Positions 17,925 through 26,148 of a stretch of DNA of 64,000 nucleotides are shown here, piece by piece; the first letter of the stretch is position 1, and every line of letters starts with the position of its first letter. The position numbers and the translations under genes were made by a program. Below the pieces are notes generated by a model. That model saw only the letters and a program-made list of their open reading frames with translations, was not told the DNA's origin and did not search any database. The DNA lies in the IMG/VR virus record IMGVR_UViG_3300027628_000015, one strand, 5' to 3'. This stretch comes from an uncultured virus (IMG/VR IMGVR_UViG_3300027628_000015). Its lineage: Duplodnaviria; Heunggongvirae; Uroviricota; Caudoviricetes; Herelleviridae.

Positions 17925-18497
17925 ATGATTACAATTGGAGTATTAATAGGTTTGGCTGCTGTGGTGCTTTATATCTCAGGTATTAAGAAGTTAATTAAGG
18001 AGAAGCGGAAGGCTATACTGCCTCTTATACTAGGTACCTTGTTAGCATTCATGGGTGCAGGGTTTATGGCTACTGGTGCTGGCAGTAACGTTAAGGATGA
18101 AGCAGTAGTAACAGATAGTAGTAGCTCACCAGACAAGGAAGAGCCAGCCGCTAAGGAAGAGAAGAAAGAAGAAGTAGCTCCTGAGAAAGTTGAAGAAGAT
18201 GTAGTAGCTCCCGAGCCGGAACCCGAGCCGGAACCCGAAGTAGTATTAGAGCCTGTTACACTTGGTTCTGGTAAGTTTTCAGTAGGTGATGATATTCCAG
18301 CTGGTCGCTATGTAGTAACTACTCAGGAACGTGGAGGAAACTTTGCTACGTATGATAGCTGGGGCTTACTAGATGCTAATGAAATGTTAGGGACCGCTCC
18401 AGACTACTATGTAAATAACATTACAGTGAATCTTGAAGAAGGTGGGCAGGTCGAGATCAGCGGATTAAATGCAGTTCTCTTTACACCTAAGCAATAA
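17925..18497 (+). CDS. two-TM membrane protein with Pro/Glu linker and C-terminal beta domain
   Basis: two TM helices, PEPEPEPE linker, LGSGKFSVGDDIPAGRY motif. Confidence 0.8.
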   Translation: MITIGVLIGLAAVVLYISGIKKLIKEKRKAILPLILGTLLAFMGAGFMATGAGSNVKDEAVVTDSSSSPDKEEPAAKEEKKEEVAPEKVEEDVVAPEPEPEPEPEVVLEPVTLGSGKFSVGDDIPAGRYVVTTQERGGNFATYDSWGLLDANEMLGTAPDYYVNNITVNLEEGGQVEISGLNAVLFTPKQ

Positions 18498-18987
18498 CTT
18501 ATATAGTATAATAAAGTAATCACAGTCCGTTAGTCAGTAGCGTTAGTAGCTCACTGGGTAGCGGACTTTTTATATAGTAGCTCACCAGACGGACGAGGAG
18601 CTTGTTCTAGGGGTAGTAGCTCACTACATAGGTAAATACATAGTAGCTCACTAGAAATGCTTAGTAGCTCCCCACACAGGGCTTAAAACAGTAGTAGCTC
18701 CCTACACCGGGCAGTGTGCCGCCGGGCTGGGCTGCTGTTGGGCTATGGTCCCTCATGTATACGTGTATATACTATATAGGAAGAAACACGGTTTTTTAAA
18801 TTTATTGCATTTTGTTGTTGACTTTATATCAATAAGGATGTAAGATAAGAGTATACCAAGTGAGAGGAGATGAAAGCCGCTAAACAAATTAAATAAAAAA
18901 GTTTTAAAAAGTGGTTGACTTTAAATCAACTGCATGATAGAATTAAGGTAGTTAGAAAATATCATATTAAAGGGAGATGTTGTTATA

Positions 18988-19620
18988 ATGAAAAAATTCA
19001 ATGTTGTTGAAAATGCTAAGGTTGTTGCATCGGTTAAATTTAAGGAAGGTATCCGCTTCGCTGTTCAAACTGCTTCTAATGAAGTGAATATGTACGGTCG
19101 TACTAAATACGATGCTTCTTTCTTAGCGGCAATCGTTACTTACAATCCAAAATTTGATAGTGTGCAGGTGTTCACGGTTATCGAGCGTGTTGCAGATATT
19201 AATGATATTGCAGAAGTTAACCACATGGTTAATGACCGCTTGGCACGTATCACTACTGGGCAGGCTTATGAAACTAATGAGCTTGTAACAATCATCATGC
19301 ATAATGAAATGGAGTACTACGGAGGCACAGGCTTTCCAAGTGAAGAAACTAGACAGCTTCGAGCGTTGAAGCTAGAAAACTTCTTTATGAAAAAGTACAT
19401 AGATATTGTGGCTGGGATTTCAGAGGACACAACTTCTATAGAAGAGCTTGACTTGTCAATCCGCTCTTATAACTGCTTGAAACGTGCCGGCGTTGATACA
19501 ATTGGACAGTTGAAAAAGTTAACACGTCCAGAGCTTGCAAGAATCCGCAACCTTGGAGCACGTAGCCAAGCGGAAGTGATCGAGGCACTAGAAGAAAAAT
19601 TTAGTTTCTCGATTGCATAA
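18988..19620 (+). CDS. protein with C-terminal RNA polymerase alpha-CTD (RpoA C-terminal) domain
   Basis: SIEELDLSIRSYNCLKRAGVDTIGQL...RNLGARSQAEV matches RpoA CTD. Confidence 0.9.
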   Translation: MKKFNVVENAKVVASVKFKEGIRFAVQTASNEVNMYGRTKYDASFLAAIVTYNPKFDSVQVFTVIERVADINDIAEVNHMVNDRLARITTGQAYETNELVTIIMHNEMEYYGGTGFPSEETRQLRALKLENFFMKKYIDIVAGISEDTTSIEELDLSIRSYNCLKRAGVDTIGQLKKLTRPELARIRNLGARSQAEVIEALEEKFSFSIA

Positions 19621-19690
19621 AAAAGTTTTAAAAGGTGGTTGACTTTTAATCAACCACCTGATATACTTAAGATAATCCAATAAGGAGACG

Positions 19691-19927
19691 ATGTACATGG
19701 AAAAGTTAATAATGGTTGAAGTGTTCTATGCAGACAATAGGACCGCTAAACTTATTGAAAGTAATGAATGGGTTTATGGTATCTGGTCTAAAGGTGGTGT
19801 TCCATACTACTTACAAAGAACGCTTGCACCGATTCCCCGGAATACTTGGATAGGTTTTAAGTCGTACGAAGTGGATAGTGATTACAATATCATTGAACAC
19901 ATCGAAACACAAGGTAAAACGTGGTAA
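19691..19927 (+). CDS. early hypothetical protein
   Basis: own promoter and RBS AAGGAG. Confidence 0.75.
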   Translation: MYMEKLIMVEVFYADNRTAKLIESNEWVYGIWSKGGVPYYLQRTLAPIPRNTWIGFKSYEVDSDYNIIEHIETQGKTW

Positions 19928-20022
19928 AAAAAAAGTTTTAAAAAGTGGTTGACTTTAAATCAACAGCATGATATACTTAAGATAGTTAATAAAACAAATT
20001 AAATTAAAGGGAGATGTTTTAA

Positions 20023-20412
20023 ATGGCATTATCACAAACATTATTAAATCTTATCGAACGTGCAGAACGTAAAGGCTCAGCGGTTAAACGTGTAAGAGAA
20101 GGCGCTGTAATGGATAGCAGTTCTTGGGGCATGTCACCGCTTGAAAGAAATGAATATATCCGCTCAACGCCTATGATTAATCAATGGGAGGTTGAGTACT
20201 ATATTGAATCATACCCGGTATATGTTGTCAAGCATTATGATACGCTTATCGCTCGTTTTGAATGTGTGGAAGGTGAATGGCAACTAACAAATTATTACGG
20301 TGAAAGCAATTCAGATAGAGACGCTTTAAACGGTCTATGCTCATACTTTGGAGTTAAAAGAGGTTTCCGCTACCGTCCTTCAATTGGTTCATTTGAAGAG
20401 GTGATGAACTAA
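20023..20412 (+). CDS. early hypothetical protein
   Basis: own promoter and RBS AAGGGAG. Confidence 0.8.
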   Translation: MALSQTLLNLIERAERKGSAVKRVREGAVMDSSSWGMSPLERNEYIRSTPMINQWEVEYYIESYPVYVVKHYDTLIARFECVEGEWQLTNYYGESNSDRDALNGLCSYFGVKRGFRYRPSIGSFEEVMN

Positions 20413-20579
20413 TGAAAAAGGTTAAACAGTATAAAGGGTTTATCATTGCAGAATGTAAAGAAGATGACCAGCTACATATCTTCACTAAAGAAGAGTGGAG
20501 CTATGGTAAGGGTCTACGCTACGAAGAGCACTATGCCGGCTCAATGCAAGAAGCAAAAGATTTTATCGATTCTTATTAA
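20412..20579 (+). CDS. small early protein (55 aa, not in ORF track)
   Basis: TAATG overlap, RBS GAGGTG; MKKVKQYKGFIIAE... Confidence 0.7.
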   Translation: MKKVKQYKGFIIAECKEDDQLHIFTKEEWSYGKGLRYEEHYAGSMQEAKDFIDSY

Positions 20580-20658
20580 AAAGTTTTAAAAGGTGGTTGA
20601 CTTTTAATCAACCACCTGATATACTTAAGATAGTTAGAAAATACTTAATAGGGAGCTG

Positions 20659-20958
20659 TTGAACATGGAACAAGTTAAATGGGGCTGGAAAATCATTAAG
20701 GATAATATCTTTAACCCTCGCTGGGATTGGGATAAGGACATGAAAGGAACTGTCAAAGGTGACTACCAAGGCGGAAAACACCGCTACCGTTTGAAAGATG
20801 ATGACGGTAATATCTATTATTATATCTTCTCTGATATCGATGTAAACGAAGGTACGGAAGGACAGCTATTCAGACCGCTTGATTGGGCTATGGCTTATGC
20901 TGGTTGTACTACTATCGAATACAAAGATGCAGAAACTGGAGAATATAAAGTTTTGTAA
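20659..20958 (+). CDS. early hypothetical protein
   Basis: own promoter; RLKDDDGNIYY...PLD...AGCTTIEY motif. Confidence 0.8.
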   Translation: MNMEQVKWGWKIIKDNIFNPRWDWDKDMKGTVKGDYQGGKHRYRLKDDDGNIYYYIFSDIDVNEGTEGQLFRPLDWAMAYAGCTTIEYKDAETGEYKVL

Positions 20959-21047
20959 AAAGTTTTAAAATGTGGTTGACTTTAAATCAACCACATGCTA
21001 TACTTAAGATAGTTAGAAAATACTTAATAAATAAGGAGATGTTGTTA

Positions 21048-21419
21048 ATGTTAAACGTAGTTTGTAATGTATGTGATGGAGATGCTTTTTTATCTGATAG
21101 TGTAAAGTGTGACCCTTGTAATAGCACTGGATGGACTGGAGTTCCTGATAATCAAATTGTATATGTTAATGCTTACCGTGTCACTAGAGAATTTGGAGGA
21201 CATGAAGAAGGCGGCTGGTGGTATGACAACTATGAATGTATAGAAGTCTTCCCTGTCAAAAATAAAGCGGCTGATGTTATGGCTGATGCTTTACTAGAAG
21301 AGCATTCTCACATCGTTCATGGTGATATTTCAAGCGTTTTAGGTGGAGCTGAATTACGTGTCTTAATAGAAGAAAAGCCTAAAGAGAGTGAAACTAGAGA
21401 ACGTCCACACTACGAATAA
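21048..21419 (+). CDS. early protein with CxxCxG zinc-finger and GGxEEGGWWY domain
   Basis: CNVCDG...CDPCNSTG; ATG after AAGGAG. Confidence 0.75.
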   Translation: MLNVVCNVCDGDAFLSDSVKCDPCNSTGWTGVPDNQIVYVNAYRVTREFGGHEEGGWWYDNYECIEVFPVKNKAADVMADALLEEHSHIVHGDISSVLGGAELRVLIEEKPKESETRERPHYE

Positions 21420-21524
21420 AAAAGTTTTAAAAGGTGGTTGACTTTCCATCAACCACCTGCTATAATAAAGGTATAGCAAGGCAGTAATAAAAAAAATACT
21501 TAAATTAAAAGGAGATTGATTATT

Positions 21525-22061
21525 ATGTTAGAAACTAAAGAGCTAAATTTATTAGGTGAATTAAACGATGAGCAAGGCATTCTAGAAGATTTCATTTCAG
21601 ATAATGCAGGTTCAAGCGCTTATATTTGTGACGCAATCACTGAAGCGGCTGACGGTGCGGTGCCTATCTCAAATCATGATATCTGGAAAAGCGCTTATGA
21701 TATCTCAGAGTACATTGAGGACGCAATCAGCGAAGGCTTAGCACCAGTACAAAGCGGTAATGTTGATTTAATTAAAATCTTTACAGCTGGATACTATCAG
21801 TACTACAGCCAAGCGCTTCATACTAACCTAGATATCATGGTATATAATTATATGGCTGAAGAGATTAACACATACTTGGACCGCTTGGACGAAGATATTT
21901 TAGATGAGCTAAACATTGACGATATTGAAAGCCGCTTGGAAGATGAGGCGGACGACTTCGACCATAACAATACATTCGATTTCATAGACGAAATCATTGA
22001 ATCTATCAAAGAATATATTGACGAATTGGTAGAGGAAATTGCAGAGGAAGACGAAGAATAA
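21525..22061 (+). CDS. Ocr-like acidic DNA-mimic anti-restriction protein
   Basis: DAITEAADGAVP..DIW vs T7 Ocr [12 protein letters not shown]..DIF; very acidic, ends EEDEE. Confidence 0.75.
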   Translation: MLETKELNLLGELNDEQGILEDFISDNAGSSAYICDAITEAADGAVPISNHDIWKSAYDISEYIEDAISEGLAPVQSGNVDLIKIFTAGYYQYYSQALHTNLDIMVYNYMAEEINTYLDRLDEDILDELNIDDIESRLEDEADDFDHNNTFDFIDEIIESIKEYIDELVEEIAEEDEE

Positions 22062-22132
22062 ATTTTATAATAGCGGTTGACTTTTAATCAACCGCTATGC
22101 TATACTAAATATAGTTAGAAGGAGTTGACAAA

Positions 22133-22267
22133 ATGGCTCGGTTAGCAAATAAGCTTGGCTTAACAGAAACTCAGATTCTAGCAACATTCATAGCTACTAT
22201 GGTAGGGTTAGCGCTGGTAGTGATAGGATGTAAAGCAATTGGTTTCTATTATATGTTACATAACTAA
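22133..22267 (+). CDS. small membrane peptide (44 aa, not in ORF track)
   Basis: own promoter, RBS AAGGAG, one TM helix. Confidence 0.65.
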   Translation: MARLANKLGLTETQILATFIATMVGLALVVIGCKAIGFYYMLHN

Positions 22268-22282
22268 AAGGAGATGATAGAA

Positions 22283-22432
22283 ATGAGAGTACAAAATAAT
22301 ACGTCCGCTGTTGATATCCTTAAGGCTCTAGAGAAAAATTCTGCTAAGCTTGACAAATACCAAAAGAAGAATGCAAGCATGTTCGCTAAGATTGACAACA
22401 TGTTCAGTAAATTCTTTAAAAAAGTTTTGTAA
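22283..22432 (+). CDS. small basic protein (49 aa, not in ORF track)
   Basis: RBS AAAGGAG; MRVQNNTSAVDILK... Confidence 0.6.
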   Translation: MRVQNNTSAVDILKALEKNSAKLDKYQKKNASMFAKIDNMFSKFFKKVL

Positions 22433-22497
22433 TAGTGTTGACTTTCCGTCAAGGTGATGCTATAATTAAGATATACCAAAGGAAAGGAATTGATAAA

Positions 22498-22869
22498 ATG
22501 TTGGGTTACAAAAACCGCTCGGTTCGTACTCAAAAATCTAAAGTGTATTACAATCTACACAAGCACTTGTTCAGTGTTCAGCAGGAAGGCTTGGTGGTCC
22601 TGCATACAGAGGCTCTGAAGCTGGTAAACGTACACTTCCAAGTGAGTGAGGCAGGCAGACAGAGAGTCCTAGCAGAAGGCAGAAAGAACGTCCACGCTTA
22701 TGTGAACGGAGTCTTCCAAGGTGAATACGCAGGGGAGCCACTAGAAGGCTTTAGAGAGGCTTACTACAATCCGCACAAGGTTGACAGCTTCGTAGATAAG
22801 GAAACGCTGGAGCCGCTATATGAAGCGGATACAGTATACTTAATTGATAGAAGAATATTCTACAAATAA
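22498..22869 (+). CDS. conserved phage hypothetical protein
   Basis: KVYYNLHK...SEAGRQRV...KNVHAYV motif. Confidence 0.8.
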   Translation: MLGYKNRSVRTQKSKVYYNLHKHLFSVQQEGLVVLHTEALKLVNVHFQVSEAGRQRVLAEGRKNVHAYVNGVFQGEYAGEPLEGFREAYYNPHKVDSFVDKETLEPLYEADTVYLIDRRIFYK

Positions 22870-22934
22870 ATATAAATGAGGGTTGACGTAAAGTCAACTC
22901 TCTGCTATAATTAAATTATACCAAAGGAAAGGAT

Positions 22935-23186
22935 TTGATGATTTTGTATCGAACGACAACTGAATTACTAGAAGCAGCTAAGAAACTAAAGGAGGCTGCT
23001 AAGCTTGTCCAAGACGCTACGCAGCATCGAGAGTGGTGGGATAAGAAGGTAGATGTTCTGAGAGCGGTTAATGGAGCTCTAGAGAGCGGAGCCTTCACAG
23101 GTGATGCATATGCAGAGCTGAAGGAAGCAAGGTATATCATAGGATATGCAGAGGCTAAGGCAGGCGGCTACTTCAGCTGGGAATAA
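22935..23186 (+). CDS. early hypothetical protein
   Basis: own promoter and RBS. Confidence 0.75.
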   Translation: MMILYRTTTELLEAAKKLKEAAKLVQDATQHREWWDKKVDVLRAVNGALESGAFTGDAYAELKEARYIIGYAEAKAGGYFSWE

Positions 23187-23213
23187 TAGAGGGAGGATTT
23201 ATTCCTCTCTTTT
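23187..23213 (+). terminator. intrinsic terminator
   Basis: AGAGGGAGGA...TCCTCTCT-TTTT. Confidence 0.7.
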
Positions 23214-23316
23214 ATAGAAAAAGTTTTATATATGTGTTGACTTTACGTCAAGAACATGAGATAATATGTATATAGCAAGGCAATAACAAAATAATATGAA
23301 TAAGGGAGATGTTCAC

Positions 23317-23544
23317 ATGAACGAATTAAAAATTAATATTGAGGCTCTTGAAGACAGAATCGAAAGACTAGAAGAGAAGCTAGACCACGCTAGCACACCA
23401 GAGAGAGCGGAGCTGATAGCAGAACGCTTACAGGATGCACAAACAGAGCTTGAAGGCTTGAGAGAGGATTATGAAGCTCAAATGGAATACGATGGAATGA
23501 ACGCTTGGGAGTATAACGGGATAAGCCAGAAGGATTTCTACTAA
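23317..23544 (+). CDS. acidic coiled-coil early protein
   Basis: own promoter; ATG after AAGGGAG. Confidence 0.75.
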   Translation: MNELKINIEALEDRIERLEEKLDHASTPERAELIAERLQDAQTELEGLREDYEAQMEYDGMNAWEYNGISQKDFY

Positions 23545-23760
23545 GACAAGGGAGGGAGCGACAAGCTTCCTCTTTTTTACATTCTTCGACAAACCCCTCC
23601 CCGTACCATTTTTTACCATAAAGACAAGGGTCCCCCTGTATAGTCTCTACCTAGGGCTCGAATTTTTCCACAAAAATTTTTTCGTAAATATAAGGGTATC
23701 TTAAACGTAAATACAAATACAAATAAAGAGAGGCTATAATAACCTCCCTCACCTTTCCTC

Positions 23761-23823
23761 CTATAACGACAACACAAGCCACAGTAATAGAATAATGATG
23801 ATCGCTCCAAATAACCAGTTCAT
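23761..23823 (-). CDS. 20-aa hydrophobic micropeptide
   Basis: MNWLFGAIIIILLLWLVLSL; RBS AAGGGAG. Confidence 0.5.
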   Translation of the reverse strand: MNWLFGAIIIILLLWLVLSL

Positions 23824-23851
23824 AAGGATAGTCTCACTCCCTTCCGACCCA

Positions 23852-23956
23852 CTACTGATCGGCTGGTAAAAGGATTAAAAAGATGATAAGATATACTGCT
23901 GCTATCAGAACCATTGCCATATCAGATATATGCATATCCTTCTTAGATGTCTTCAT
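23852..23956 (-). CDS. 34-aa membrane micropeptide
   Basis: MKTSKKDMHISDMAMVLIAAVYLIIFLILLPADQ; RBS GGGAGGGGG. Confidence 0.55.
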   Translation of the reverse strand: MKTSKKDMHISDMAMVLIAAVYLIIFLILLPADQ

Positions 23957-24111
23957 ACTCTAACCCCCTCCCGTACTTATATACAGGATTAGTTTACCCC
24001 TCCCCCGTGATTATATAAGTGGGACTCCTAACCAGCCAGAACAGAAAAAAGAGGGTATAAATATATACCCTCAAATTTTACAGGCAAAACTATAGCTTCC
24101 ATATTTTTCCA

Positions 24112-25122
24112 TTACCTCTTACGTAAGAGCAATAAGATCAAACGGAATAGCAGCAATGGAGAAATTGTCTTTACAGGCGGTGGAACTGGCGTTGGTTCCG
24201 TTTCAGGTGCAGGTGATGGAATCGGAACAGGCTCAGGTTCTGGTAAAGGTTCTGGTACCGGGTCCTCTTTTGGGGGCTCTACAGGCTCCTCTACGGTTAG
24301 ATCGAGAATGTGGGTACCTTTGGTATAGTCGGCAATAGCAATGGACTTTAAAAGAGCTACTGCGCCCGTCATATGAGGTGTAGCCATTGACGTTCCACTC
24401 ATACGAGCATATTTACCATTAGGGTACGTAGAGAATACGTCAACTCCCGGAGCTAAGATATCTACCTCACTGTTCGTATTCGAAAACTCTGCTAACATAC
24501 CGCTAAAGTCTACAGCACCTACTTCCATTACTTCAGGATAAGCTCCCGGATATGAAAGTTCTTCTGTAGCTTCGTCCCCGTCCCCTTCGTTACCAGCTGC
24601 TGCAACAATAACAATACCTGCTGCTACCGCTTCCTGAACAGCTTTACGTAAAGCGTAAGAGTGCTGTCCACCTAGAGACATGTTGATCACGTTTACCTTT
24701 TGCTTAACGGCAAAGCGGATAGCGGAGACCGTCCAGTTCATATCCCCTGTTCCGTCATCCTTTAGAGCTTTAAGTGCAAGGATTTTAGCTTTAGGAGCTA
24801 CACCTACGATACCTTCACCAGTATTAGTAGCTGCGATCGTACCTGCTACGTGTGTACCGTGTCCGTGACCGTCCATATAGTCTCCTTTACCAGTGAAGTC
24901 TTTCCCACCGATAATATTGTCTTTCAGGTCCGGGTGGTTATAGTCTACGCCTGTATCGATAATTGCTACAACTACGCCTTTCCCTTCATTCCCTGCATTC
25001 CATTGAGACTGAGCATTGATCATCTTTACTCCGTCTGGAATGGTTTCAGCTGAGAATGTGTGTACAGATTGTACCTTAGTTGGGATAAGTCGAACCTCAC
25101 GATTTCTTTTGAAAATGGACAT
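24112..25122 (-). CDS. S8 subtilisin-family serine protease (ISP-like) with Pro-rich linker and hydrophobic tail
   Basis: catalytic motifs IIDTG, HGTHVAG, GTSMATP; N-terminal RLIP motif. Confidence 0.95.
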   Translation of the reverse strand: MSIFKRNREVRLIPTKVQSVHTFSAETIPDGVKMINAQSQWNAGNEGKGVVVAIIDTGVDYNHPDLKDNIIGGKDFTGKGDYMDGHGHGTHVAGTIAATNTGEGIVGVAPKAKILALKALKDDGTGDMNWTVSAIRFAVKQKVNVINMSLGGQHSYALRKAVQEAVAAGIVIVAAAGNEGDGDEATEELSYPGAYPEVMEVGAVDFSGMLAEFSNTNSEVDILAPGVDVFSTYPNGKYARMSGTSMATPHMTGAVALLKSIAIADYTKGTHILDLTVEEPVEPPKEDPVPEPLPEPEPVPIPSPAPETEPTPVPPPVKTISPLLLFRLILLLLRKR

Positions 25123-25213
25123 AGAAAAACCCCTTTCTGTACGTGTATTAAAATTAATTCGTACACATACAATATAGGGGCTCGACCTAAATATTTGTTA
25201 TAACGTTTTTCTA

Positions 25214-25591
25214 TTATAGGGAATTATGGTCTGTATATTTATTCGGTGTTATACCATAATGATGGATAACTGTTCTCGAGTGGATGAATCCCCTCTCTTT
25301 AGCTCTAACAAGTGCTTTATACATACGATCTCTACCCACGGGGTTATCGGTATGCAAGTAAATACGATTAATGATAAGAGGACTCTTAGTTGCGCCATAT
25401 TCGATAATCCAGTTAACAAGGTCATCTCCAGTAGGGAGAAGATCACCTTCCCAATCCTCCCCTAGATCGTGGTCTAGGGAGAGAATGTTGATCGGGTAGG
25501 CTTTAAGGAACATAATAGCCTCATTAAATGAACGGGCTCCACGGAAGTCGTTTGGGATATCCCTAAGATCATCTACGTATAAGTTAATCAT
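25214..25591 (-). CDS. cyclic-phosphate processing receiver-domain protein
   Basis: LYVDDLR...SLDHDLG...TG.D...HTDNPVGR motifs. Confidence 0.8.
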   Translation of the reverse strand: MINLYVDDLRDIPNDFRGARSFNEAIMFLKAYPINILSLDHDLGEDWEGDLLPTGDDLVNWIIEYGATKSPLIINRIYLHTDNPVGRDRMYKALVRAKERGFIHSRTVIHHYGITPNKYTDHNSL

Positions 25592-25911
25592 TGTGGCTCT
25601 CCCGGATTATAAGGCATAAAACGTTTAGCTCCGTAATCATTATTACCGAAGAACATATCGACCGGGCGGACCCATAGTCTACCGTCCTTGTGAGACTTAT
25701 ATAATACAGTCGGATGATCTAACCCGGAGATATATACATGCTGCATAGGAAGCATAAGTACTTTGACCTCTTCTTCAGTTTCTGTATGTGTTGCTTTAAT
25801 TACGGTACCTACTTGAGTATTAGGATTAAACCCTCCGTAAGGTACAACAACCGCTTTATACGTATATAAACCACCACTAGCGGTATGAATGTAGATATCG
25901 CCTTTTCTCAT
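25588..25911 (-). CDS. DUF1653-like protein
   Basis: YxH..GG.Y...VLY...LWVRPVDMF. Confidence 0.65.
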   Translation of the reverse strand: MRKGDIYIHTASGGLYTYKAVVVPYGGFNPNTQVGTVIKATHTETEEEVKVLMLPMQHVYISGLDHPTVLYKSHKDGRLWVRPVDMFFGNNDYGAKRFMPYNPGEPQ

Positions 25912-26111
25912 TGTAAGTTACCTCGATCTACCATTGTAGCCATAGCACGAATGATAAGATTTAAAGCAACTTTAGCATTGTCAAGGTTATCTATTTCATG
26001 TCCATTAAGAGTAACAGAACCTAATAGGTCATGTGCCTCTAATACAACTTCCTGTCCGCTTTGTGAAACAACTGTAATTGAATTTTGGTTATTAGTAGTA
26101 TACTTTTCCAT
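25908..26111 (-). CDS. hypothetical protein
   Basis: RBS AGGAGGAG. Confidence 0.7.
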   Translation of the reverse strand: MEKYTTNNQNSITVVSQSGQEVVLEAHDLLGSVTLNGHEIDNLDNAKVALNLIIRAMATMVDRGNLQ

Positions 26112-26148
26112 TTACTTCTCCTCCTAAGTAAAATGATATTGTTAAATC

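Larger units (their letters stand above)
16748..18702 (+). repeat. co-oriented TAGTAGCTC(A/C)C repeats, 10 copies, 6 clustered at 18544-18702
   Basis: copies start at 16748, 17876, 18119, 18202, 18544, 18575, 18614, 18641, 18662, 18692. Confidence 0.9.
17015..23265 (+). promoter_or_regulatory. array of 14 strong sigmaA early promoters with TTGA-N7-TCAA palindrome over -35
   Basis: -35 at 17015, 17370, 17807, 18818, 18915, 19639, 19949, 20597, 20976, 21438, 22077, 22438, 22883, 23237, each with 17-18 bp spacer and TATACT/TATAAT-like -10. Confidence 0.9.

Noticed and set aside
18544..18702. Repeat cluster as a CRISPR mini-array
   Set aside because: Repeats are only 11 bp, spacers are irregular (10-28 bp), copies occur inside a CDS, and no cas genes are present
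17029..22497. Longer ORF-track starts at 17029, 17389, 20970 and 22435
   Set aside because: They begin inside the promoters; downstream starts with proper SD were used instead
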